Shown: positions 18,171-26,124 of the stretch, piece after piece
Numbering within the stretch: the first letter of the stretch is position 1
Layout: every line of letters starts with the position of its first letter
Origin: Candidatus Gastranaerophilales bacterium
GTDB lineage: Bacteria; Cyanobacteriota; Vampirovibrionia; Gastranaerophilales; Gastranaerophilaceae
DNA: 64,000 nucleotides
Direction of reading: 5' to 3'
Assembly (NCBI GenBank): GCA_944326635.1
Contig: CALVEU010000001.1
Coordinates: forward strand, 1,685-65,684
Made by a program: the position numbers and the translations under genes
Notes under the pieces: generated by a model
Databases searched by the model: none
What the model was told of the DNA's origin: nothing
Seen by the model: only the letters and a program-made list of their open reading frames with translations

Positions 18171-18812
18171 CTAACTTTGTTTTAATACTACATTCAGGAT
18201 TGTATCTGATACATAGAAACAAGCATCAAAAGCGTTTTCAATTTCTTTGTACATATCTCTTAATTTGATTACATCAAGGGCTTCATATTGACCTGAAAAT
18301 AAATTGCCCATAGCTCGGCGGTGAATTTCATCTCCGTGAGATTCAATTTCTTTCATTTCAATATTGAGTTCTGTAATTTCTTCAACATCAGATACTTTTT
18401 TAAATTGTTTTATAATTTCTCCGAGTTTTTCTGTAGCTTGTACCAAAGTTAAAGCCTGTTCTTTCATTTCTTCAGTGTAATTATTTAATCTGTACACTTC
18501 TAAATTAAGACAGGCTTTTACAATTTTTTTAGTTATTTTATTCAATTGTACTGCGATTGTTTGAATATCTTCTCTTTCAATCGGGGTAATAAAACTTTTA
18601 TTTAACTGTTTTAGACAGGCTTTATATGATAATTTACCTTTCCTTTTATATTTTAGAGCTTTTTCTTTATACTCATCATTCAAATGATTGTACATAATCT
18701 CATCATATAGTTTTGCTGTTTTCAAACAAATTTCTGCACTTTCCTGAAAGTATGTAAAAAACATTTTATCTTCAGGAGGCATAATGTACGACATTAAATT
18801 AAATTTTGGCAT
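18171..18812 (-). CDS. DUF47/PhoU-like phosphate-transport regulator associated with PiT
   Basis: FFTYFQESAE...IEREDIQ...ESHGDEIHRRAM..., located upstream of the PiT gene. Start moved to MPKFNL (18812) behind AAGGAGA. Confidence 0.8.
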   Translation of the reverse strand: MPKFNLMSYIMPPEDKMFFTYFQESAEICLKTAKLYDEIMYNHLNDEYKEKALKYKRKGKLSYKACLKQLNKSFITPIEREDIQTIAVQLNKITKKIVKACLNLEVYRLNNYTEEMKEQALTLVQATEKLGEIIKQFKKVSDVEEITELNIEMKEIESHGDEIHRRAMGNLFSGQYEALDVIKLRDMYKEIENAFDACFYVSDTILNVVLKQS

Positions 18813-18890
18813 GATATAAATCTCCTTTTCATACACACACGCCAAGCATAACCAAAAAACAATTTATTTAAAAGTACATGTTTACAAATT

Positions 18891-19781
18891 TTAATGCTTA
18901 TTTTGTTTGCAATTTTCAGGTTCTGAATGGATTATAATTGTAGAAGCTCCTAGTTTTTCTTGGATTAATGCTTCAATTTCATCACATATATTATGGCATT
19001 CATAAATTGTCATTTCATTAGGGAAAAGCATTGTAATTTCAATATCTGTAGAAGGGCCTGAACGTCTTGCTTTTAAGTTTTTATAACCTTTTATGCATTT
19101 GTTGTCATATGAATTTATTATATCTTTAATGGCTTTTAAATCTTTAGCAGGTAATGATCCGTCTAATAAATTGTTTAAGGTTTCTTTTGAAATTGAATAT
19201 CCTGCCTTTACTATAAACAATGCAACACAAATTGCGATTATAGGGTCTAGAATATTTATTCCTGTTATTTTTATTAAAATTAACCCTGCCATAACGCCTA
19301 ATGATGAATATACATCAGTTCTCAAATGTTCGCCGTCAGCAAATAATGATACTGAATTTGATTTTTTGGCAACGTGAAAAAGGTAGGCACTAACTAAAAT
19401 GTTTGCAACGACTGCAAATAACATTACATAAATGCCTAAAGTTGTATCCATTTCAGTATTTGCACCGAAAAATAATTTTCTGCAGGCTTCGTAAATAATA
19501 TAAAAAGCTGCAAAAATAATTAATCCGCCTTCAATAAATCCTGACATATCTTCATATTTTCCATGTCCGAACGGGTGGCATTCATCTGCAGGTTCTGAAG
19601 ATTTCATCACCGCAAAAAATGTTAAAACAGAAGCTAAAAAGTCGCTCAATGAGTGAATTGCTTCTGAAATTATACTGATTGAGCCTGATATAATTCCTGC
19701 TATAAGTTTTAAAATAATTATTATGGCATTTGATGAAATTGATAATCCTGCTGCCAATTTTTTTTCGGTTAAAATATTCAT
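18891..19781 (-). CDS. Cation diffusion facilitator (CDF) family metal efflux transporter
   Basis: 296 aa, 6 TM helices. SEAIHSLSDFLAS and HLRTDVYSSLGV motifs, plus a C-terminal cytoplasmic domain. Confidence 0.85.
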   Translation of the reverse strand: MNILTEKKLAAGLSISSNAIIIILKLIAGIISGSISIISEAIHSLSDFLASVLTFFAVMKSSEPADECHPFGHGKYEDMSGFIEGGLIIFAAFYIIYEACRKLFFGANTEMDTTLGIYVMLFAVVANILVSAYLFHVAKKSNSVSLFADGEHLRTDVYSSLGVMAGLILIKITGINILDPIIAICVALFIVKAGYSISKETLNNLLDGSLPAKDLKAIKDIINSYDNKCIKGYKNLKARRSGPSTDIEITMLFPNEMTIYECHNICDEIEALIQEKLGASTIIIHSEPENCKQNKH

Positions 19782-19802
19782 ATCTTTACTCTTTTTATTG
19801 TT

Positions 19803-20480
19803 TTATCTTTTCAAACATTTTAACAAATTTTTTGTATCTTTATCAACCCTTAGCGATTCACATATTTTTTGAATACTTTTGTTAAATGTCCAATTATCAA
19901 GTTTTGAAGTTTTTAAATATTTGTGAGTTTTTTCGGGCAATTTAATATAACATATTGAAAGCGCCCATGCAACACTCATTTTTGAATAATATCTGTCATC
20001 TTTAAAATTGTCGATTAATTTTAAGATTTTTTCAATATATTTTTCTTCAATAAAATGAGATAAAAGCATTACATACCCAAAACGCAAGTCATATTCTTTG
20101 TCGGATTTAAAATATGGTTGTATGAATTCCCATACTAATTCTTTATTTTGATTTGTAAATTTAAGGCTGTTGCAAAAAGTGTCACATACTGCCCAGTTAT
20201 CAATTTTAGGGATAAAATTTTTGACATATTCAAGAATTTCTTCAGGATTTTTTTTAATAAGTCCGATAATCATTCCCTGAAGCATCACTTCTTCCATAAA
20301 TTCACATTGTTGCTTGTTGACAAATTCTTTCCATTCTCCGCTTTTGTAGATTTCTTTTGCTATTTTCCTTAAAGTCGGTAATCTGACACCAAGTATATTG
20401 TCAATATTTGGAATTAGTGAGGCTGAAAATTTTTTATAATCAGGGTCTGCTTTTTCAAGAATTTTAGCTTTTATATCCAT
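19803..20480 (-). CDS. DNA alkylation repair protein (AlkD-like HEAT-repeat family)
   Basis: DPDYKKFSASLIPNIDNILGVRLPTLRKIAKEI...DNWAVCDTFC is typical of the DNA_alkylation family. Confidence 0.75.
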   Translation of the reverse strand: MDIKAKILEKADPDYKKFSASLIPNIDNILGVRLPTLRKIAKEIYKSGEWKEFVNKQQCEFMEEVMLQGMIIGLIKKNPEEILEYVKNFIPKIDNWAVCDTFCNSLKFTNQNKELVWEFIQPYFKSDKEYDLRFGYVMLLSHFIEEKYIEKILKLIDNFKDDRYYSKMSVAWALSICYIKLPEKTHKYLKTSKLDNWTFNKSIQKICESLRVDKDTKNLLKCLKR

Positions 20481-20527
20481 AGATTGATTTTAGCATGAAT
20501 TGAAAAATCCAGATAATTTTTATTTTG

Positions 20528-20847
20528 CTAATCAATAAACTCCCAGTGCAATCCATAAGCTGTTTTACGTTTTTTATTGCATACTTTTTAATTCTATTGT
20601 ATGCATCATAGCTGTATTAGATACCTTTTTGGATTAACATATCATTAGCATCTTTTGCATTTTCAAAAATTTCTCCAGTTTCGATACATTTAACTTTTTT
20701 AGGTTTATTTTTGAAAGACTGATAAGGTTTAATAATATTTTTAATTGTTATGAACAAATCTTTACTTACTCTATATGTTTCTGAATTTTTTTCATTAATT
20801 GTTAATCTGATAATGTAAGGTGTTTTGGTAATTTTTTCGTTTGTCAT
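20528..20847 (-). pseudogene. Decayed homing-endonuclease/phage-type DNA-binding gene (NUMOD1-like tail), with an in-frame stop and a frameshift
   Basis: ORF 20617..20847 ends ...VKCIETGEIFENAKDANDMLIQKGI*. The same frame continues YSYDAYNRIKK, and a shifted frame then reads VCNKKRKTAYGLHWEFID* (stop at 20528-30). That is the classic ...G..W.[FY]I tail of such modules. Confidence 0.55.
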
Positions 20848-20910
20848 AATAATTTCCTTTATAGTTGCTATACATTTAACATTTATAATAATACACCAAA
20901 TATTTAAATT

Positions 20911-20927
20911 TATACGTTTAACGTATA
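20911..20927. promoter_or_regulatory. 17-bp palindrome upstream of the XRE gene 20974
   Basis: TATACGTT-t-AACGTATA. Confidence 0.4.
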
Positions 20928-20973
20928 TATGCTACGCTAAACAGAGTGGTGATTGATAGAAAAATAACATAAT

Positions 20974-21318
20974 ATGTTTAATATGGATGGTAATGATATA
21001 AAAAAGATTTTTGGTTCATCTGTTCAAGAAATACGAAAAGCTAATGGTATAACTCAAGAAAACGTAGCAGCACTTATTGGGAAAGATAAAAATACAATCA
21101 ATCGGATAGAAACAGGTATCAATTTTGTGACTGGTGAAACTTATGCTGATTTGTGTAATGTATTAAATGTCCATCCAAGTATTTTAATGACACAAAAACC
21201 TGTATTTCTTTTACAGGAACATATAAATTATAGAAATGAAATTAATCAATTACTAAAAACTTTTCCTCCAGAAAAATTGAAAGATATATATAATATTTTA
21301 TTAGCAATGAGTAAATAA
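20974..21318 (+). CDS. XRE-family HTH regulator (114 aa)
   Basis: VQEIRKANGITQENVAALIGKDKNTINRIETG. Confidence 0.85.
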   Translation: MFNMDGNDIKKIFGSSVQEIRKANGITQENVAALIGKDKNTINRIETGINFVTGETYADLCNVLNVHPSILMTQKPVFLLQEHINYRNEINQLLKTFPPEKLKDIYNILLAMSK

Positions 21319-21328
21319 TTAATATAGT

Positions 21329-21805
21329 TTATACTCTTTTTAAAAGCACGACAGCGTGAGCTTCTATTGCAAGTTCTTGGCCTACTGCGTCCATTTTTTC
21401 ATTGGTTTTTGCTTTTATTGAAAGTCTATCAGGTTCGATTGAAAGAATTTGCGATAAAACTTCTTTCATTTTCGGGATATAAGGCATCATTTTAGGCTGT
21501 TGAGCTATAATGTTGCTGTCTATATTTTCAATTGCATATTTTTTTTCTTTAATAAGTTTATAAACATCTCTTAAAAGTATAGTACTGTCAGCGTCTTTGT
21601 ATAAATCGTCAGTGTCAGGGAACAGTGTGCCGATATCTGATAATGCAAGTGCACCAAGCATTGCATCAATTATTGCATGAATTAATACATCAGCATCAGA
21701 ATGTCCGAGAAGTCCTTTTTCATGGGTAATTTTTACTCCGCCGATTATTAAATCTCTTCCTTCTGTGAGTTTGTGAATATCGTATCCCAGACCTATTCTA
21801 TACAT
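21329..21805 (-). CDS. ispF: 2-C-methyl-D-erythritol 2,4-cyclodiphosphate synthase
   Basis: RIGLGYDIHKL...GHSDADVLIHAIIDAMLGA...DIG is the IspF signature. Confidence 0.95.
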   Translation of the reverse strand: MYRIGLGYDIHKLTEGRDLIIGGVKITHEKGLLGHSDADVLIHAIIDAMLGALALSDIGTLFPDTDDLYKDADSTILLRDVYKLIKEKKYAIENIDSNIIAQQPKMMPYIPKMKEVLSQILSIEPDRLSIKAKTNEKMDAVGQELAIEAHAVVLLKRV

Positions 21806-21812
21806 TTTTACC

Positions 21813-22616
21813 TCATATTACATATTTTTCAATAGCTTTCACAAAACCGTCATTTTCGACAGTGTCAGTTATGTAATCGGCGCATTCTTTTAATTCAGAT
21901 GTTCCGTTGCCCATTGCAACTTTAATCCCGCCTGCTTTTAAAAGTTCGATATCATTATTTTGATCACCGATTGTGAGAATTTCTTCTTTTTTCAATCCCC
22001 ATTTTTTTGCTAAAAATTCAACTCCGAGAGATTTTTTTGCTTGTGCACTTCCTATTTCGCAAAAATAAGGAGTTGATTTAACGATGTATAATTGCGGGAA
22101 TTTTTTTTGCAATTCTTCTACCCAGCCTGTAACTCTTTCTGCATCATTGTAGTCAATTGCAAGAATTTTGTTCACATTTTTTATTTCTAAACTGTCAAAT
22201 GAGCATACTGTGTATGATACAAATTTGCCGTCAGTGTATTTTTTGACGCAATCATTATCTTTTTCTACATACAATTTATCATCAATGTATAAATTTATAT
22301 GAATATTATTATCTCTTGCCCATTTAATAATTTGTTTTGCAATTTCAGAATCCAGGTTTTGTTGATATAAAGTATTGCCGTCGCAATCTTTAATTAGTCC
22401 GCCTTGATATGAAACTACAGGAGTTTTAAGTCCCAATTCATTCGTTATATGATGAGTAGCACAATGCATTCTGCCTGTTACAAGTACAACTTTAACATCT
22501 TTTTTGCAAAGATTTTTGATACAATTTTTTACACCGTCAGAAAATCCGGTATCCCATTTAACGATAGTGCCGTCTATGTCAGTTGCAACCATTTTAATTC
22601 TTTTTTCAGCAGACAT
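21813..22616 (-). CDS. Cof-type HAD-IIB phosphatase
   Basis: MVATDIDGTI, VLVTGR, and GDQNNDIELLKAGGIKVAMGN. Confidence 0.85.
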   Translation of the reverse strand: MSAEKRIKMVATDIDGTIVKWDTGFSDGVKNCIKNLCKKDVKVVLVTGRMHCATHHITNELGLKTPVVSYQGGLIKDCDGNTLYQQNLDSEIAKQIIKWARDNNIHINLYIDDKLYVEKDNDCVKKYTDGKFVSYTVCSFDSLEIKNVNKILAIDYNDAERVTGWVEELQKKFPQLYIVKSTPYFCEIGSAQAKKSLGVEFLAKKWGLKKEEILTIGDQNNDIELLKAGGIKVAMGNGTSELKECADYITDTVENDGFVKAIEKYVI

Positions 22617-22619
22617 AAT

Positions 22620-23147
22620 TTATCCTTTAATTTGGGCTCTCATTAATGCACAAAGTGTTTTTGCGTCATTAATTTCACCATTATCAATCATTTTTAAAAC
22701 GTCATCATATTTATATTCAAATGCTTGAATAATTTCGCCTTCATCAGGGTGGCAGTGAGTAAATTCTAAATCTTCAGCTTTGTATAAGTACAATTTTTCA
22801 TCACTATATCCCGGTGATGTATAGACAAAACCTAAATCAGTCCATTTATTGGCACAATAGCCTGTTTCTTCTTCCAATTCTCTTTTAGCTGCTTCAAACG
22901 GATCTTCTCCGATTTCAAGTTTACCTGCAGGCAATTCATACAAAACTTCTTTCATTGGATATCTGAATTGTTTAACTAAAAGAATTTTATCTTCTTTTTT
23001 AGCTAAAATTACTACACCGCCTGAATGTTTAACAACTTCTCTAAAGCTTTCTTGTCCTGTTGAAAGTTCAATTTTGTCTTTATAAAGCTTAACTACTCTT
23101 CCGTTAAAAATTAATTCTGATTCAATAGTTTTTTCTGTAAATTCCAT
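22620..23147 (-). CDS. NUDIX hydrolase (ADP-ribose pyrophosphatase-like)
   Basis: Nudix box GKLEIGEDPFEAAKRELEEETGY. The N-terminal beta-domain is typical of NudF. Confidence 0.85.
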   Translation of the reverse strand: MEFTEKTIESELIFNGRVVKLYKDKIELSTGQESFREVVKHSGGVVILAKKEDKILLVKQFRYPMKEVLYELPAGKLEIGEDPFEAAKRELEEETGYCANKWTDLGFVYTSPGYSDEKLYLYKAEDLEFTHCHPDEGEIIQAFEYKYDDVLKMIDNGEINDAKTLCALMRAQIKG

Positions 23148-23179
23148 AATAAAATCTTACCATGAAAAAACTTACAAAT

Positions 23180-23911
23180 TTATTTGCAACTTTTTAATTT
23201 TTCCCAGCCAATTTTTTCAGGACAATGTAAGTAGTCCATATTTTCATTGTAAATAATCCAAGCTGTACAACCTCTACCTTCTGATTTTTCTCCTATACAA
23301 CCTTCTTCAAAGCTATTATTTCCAGAATTTTCTAAGTTGGTTCCTGTAGGTATTATTCTATTTTTTGTTATATGAAAACTAAATACATCACGTCCAAGAA
23401 TATTAGGTTTTTTTTGTCCATTTATATCTACACGCATTTGTCCACAAATTTCTTTTACATTACCTGAATTTTTAGTACAAGTTTTATCTAGAACATATGT
23501 TAGAATGGCGCTTCCATCTGCTAAAATTGCTTTTGAATAATATTTATCTGATGAATGTTGAAAAATTGCTCCTGTTAAGGTTGTTGTATTACTCCAACAT
23601 TTATATTTTTCACTGCCACAGTATTCAATAATATTTAAATATGGTTTAAGATAATTTAAAAAATTAGTATTTTCTTCTCCTAAAGATTCATTATAATTTA
23701 ATAGCCCCCAAGTATCAGGTGTTCCAAATTCGTTTAATGCAAGATTATATGCTTGTGAGGTTATAGAATAAAATTTTTTTAATCTGCTTACAGTTTCTTT
23801 TTCTTTATAATTTAATATCAATGTTGGTAATGTTAATGCTGCAATAATGCCAATGATACCAAGAGTGATTAAAATTTCTGCAAGAGTGAATGCGTGATTT
23901 TTATTACTCAT
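23180..23911 (-). CDS. Type IV pilin/pseudopilin-like protein (prepilin N-terminal methylation motif)
   Basis: MSNKNHAFTLAEILITLGIIGIIAALTLPTLI, VDINGQKKPNILGRDVFSF, and C-terminal GCTAWIIYNENMDY. Confidence 0.9.
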   Translation of the reverse strand: MSNKNHAFTLAEILITLGIIGIIAALTLPTLILNYKEKETVSRLKKFYSITSQAYNLALNEFGTPDTWGLLNYNESLGEENTNFLNYLKPYLNIIEYCGSEKYKCWSNTTTLTGAIFQHSSDKYYSKAILADGSAILTYVLDKTCTKNSGNVKEICGQMRVDINGQKKPNILGRDVFSFHITKNRIIPTGTNLENSGNNSFEEGCIGEKSEGRGCTAWIIYNENMDYLHCPEKIGWEKLKSCK

Positions 23912-24029
23912 ATATTAGCCTTTCTGCAATATTCTACATATAACTGCTTGTATAATTATAAAATTGCTCATATACGAGTAATATATTAATTAATTTAACG
24001 TGAATTGTCAAGTAACATATAATCATAAA

Positions 24030-24242
24030 ATGAAAGCCAGAAATAAAATAAAATCTCTAATTGCATTAAGGTGTTTAACCATAACTAAACTTGCTATGTT
24101 AATGAAAGAAAAAACAGGTAAACCGTATACTTTTAAAAGTCTTACAGGTAAACTCCAAAGGGGGACTCTTTCATTAGATGAAGCTTATATAATTGCAGAT
24201 TTATTAGGATATGAACTTGAATTTATAGATAAAATGAAATAA
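24030..24242 (+). CDS. Small HTH DNA-binding protein (XRE-like, 70 aa)
   Basis: IKSLIALRCLTITKLAMLMKEKTG...LSLDEAYIIADLLGYEL. ATG at 24030 is preferred over the GTG at 24000. Divergent from the pilin-like gene. Confidence 0.6.
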   Translation: MKARNKIKSLIALRCLTITKLAMLMKEKTGKPYTFKSLTGKLQRGTLSLDEAYIIADLLGYELEFIDKMK

Positions 24243-25406
24243 TTACAAAGCCCTAATAATAGCTTTTATGTTTATATCAGTTACCTTTAGTAATGCAATA
24301 GTTCTTGCTGTATCGTTGAAATTGCCTAAAGATTTTAATGTTTCTGCAGTTTTTAAAATTAGAGTTTGATTATTTGATTTTAAAAGTTCTCTAATTGCGA
24401 TTACATCTGTTGCAAAATCAAGTGCGGTAAAAACTAAAGGACTATTTTCATTTAATTCTGCATTTACATGTTTTTCTAAATCTTTTTTGTTCGCACTTTT
24501 TAAAAGTTTTTTAATATCATTAATTTCATTTCGTGTATTTTTGTCTTCATCAAATAAATATTCGTCGTTTTCTGTTAAAACTTCAAATTTTTCTTGAGCA
24601 TTTAAAATTACGATTGCAGTTTTACTGTCATCGTAATTATTGATTAGTTTTTCAAAAACTTCAAACAATTCAAAGTCAAAAACACATGATAGCGGAAGGA
24701 TTTCTCCAAGTCCGTTAATTATGTAATTGATTGCCAATAGAGTATTTTCATAATATTTATCAAGCAAATCAAATAAATTTTCAAGATAAGGTATTTCTCC
24801 TGCAATGTTTTCAGGCATTGTAGAATTTTTCATTGTTTCAAAAATTGCAGGAATAGCTTTTTTATCTCCATATGCTACTAAAAATTTTACAGCTGATAAT
24901 TTTTCGAAATCATCACCGTTGTTCAATTTTGTAATTGCAATATTATATGTTTCATTATCTTGCCATTCTCCAAGTGAGGATGCGCAATTATGGGCAAGAT
25001 AGTCATTTTCTGAATATGAATTAGCTTTCAAATATTCATAAGCTAGAGGATCTTGAATTTGTCCGAAATATTTTGCAGCATAAATTTTTTCTTCTATAAT
25101 GCCATTTTCAAATTTTTCAAGCATTAAATCCGTTAAATCTTCATCAGCATGTTTTACGAGAGCTGAAATAATTACATCTTCATAATACGGAGAATAATAT
25201 TTTAAAAATTCGATTAAATTTTTATAATTATTTTCATTAATTTCTTTTGCAATTCTTTGTGCAACATTGTCTTTTACAAAATCAAACAAAAAACTATCAT
25301 TATCAACGAGCTCTTTAAAAAGTTCAGTATCACAATCATTGATAAGGTGTTTTGCAACGGCTTCATAGCCGAATTTACCCGTAAGTTTTTTTAATTGTTC
25401 AGACAT
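24243..25406 (-). CDS. HEAT-repeat protein (hypothetical)
   Basis: 387 aa, all-helical. Repeated ..AAKYFGQIQDPLAYEYL.. and ..VKFLVAYGDKKAIPAIFE.. segments are HEAT/PBS-lyase-like. Confidence 0.55.
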   Translation of the reverse strand: MSEQLKKLTGKFGYEAVAKHLINDCDTELFKELVDNDSFLFDFVKDNVAQRIAKEINENNYKNLIEFLKYYSPYYEDVIISALVKHADEDLTDLMLEKFENGIIEEKIYAAKYFGQIQDPLAYEYLKANSYSENDYLAHNCASSLGEWQDNETYNIAITKLNNGDDFEKLSAVKFLVAYGDKKAIPAIFETMKNSTMPENIAGEIPYLENLFDLLDKYYENTLLAINYIINGLGEILPLSCVFDFELFEVFEKLINNYDDSKTAIVILNAQEKFEVLTENDEYLFDEDKNTRNEINDIKKLLKSANKKDLEKHVNAELNENSPLVFTALDFATDVIAIRELLKSNNQTLILKTAETLKSLGNFNDTARTIALLKVTDINIKAIIRAL

Positions 25407-25442
25407 ATAAATAGATTTCCGTATAAAAAATGGATTTAAAAA

Positions 25443-26042
25443 TTAATCTAAATAGAATACAGTAATAACTTTGTGACCTTCTTCAGCATATTGAACTGCA
25501 TTATGCAAAGTTTTACTTGTATGTGATAAGAAACAAATTAATTGGTTACAATCGTCGATAATTTCTCTGTTACAAACACGAGAAGCATCTGCTAATGTCA
25601 TCATTGCTCTGTCAGGATGTTCAATGATATTTGGCACTCCAATAAGTTGATTTTGAACATCAGAAGGTTGTTGACCGATTGTTTGAGGTAAAATAACTTT
25701 TAATTTATCAGGATTAGCTTTCATAGCACCTCTGATTGCAGCAGCGTTTGTACCTGAAGAACCGCCTGATGTAATAATTGTATTTCCTTGAGTTACAAGA
25801 GCTGTAGCAAGTGTCTCAATCATTTGTTGATGAGTAATCGGAAGATTACGACTTCCGATAATTGCAATTTTCTTTGCAGATTGTTGAATTGTAGCTAATT
25901 CCATTGCCAATTCATCTACCGTATCAGGTGAATCTGACGATACTGTGTCCATGTCATCAATAGGTACAACAATTGAATTTTGTTTTTCTTTATTTTCGTC
26001 TTCAGAACCCATAAAAATATTCATCATGTCAGTTTCCACCAT
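25443..26042 (-). CDS. DprA/Smf-like Rossmann-fold protein (short form)
   Basis: IAIIGSRNLP...GNTIITSGGSSGTNAAAIRGAM...KVILPQ...NREIIDDCNQLICF parallels the DprA core motifs. Confidence 0.6.
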   Translation of the reverse strand: MVETDMMNIFMGSEDENKEKQNSIVVPIDDMDTVSSDSPDTVDELAMELATIQQSAKKIAIIGSRNLPITHQQMIETLATALVTQGNTIITSGGSSGTNAAAIRGAMKANPDKLKVILPQTIGQQPSDVQNQLIGVPNIIEHPDRAMMTLADASRVCNREIIDDCNQLICFLSHTSKTLHNAVQYAEEGHKVITVFYLD

Positions 26043-26124
26043 TTTTCCTACTTTCTAATTGCAATCTATATATTTTTAGTTTATGCTGATTATATCACAA
26101 AAATTTGATTTTGGGAATAGGGAT

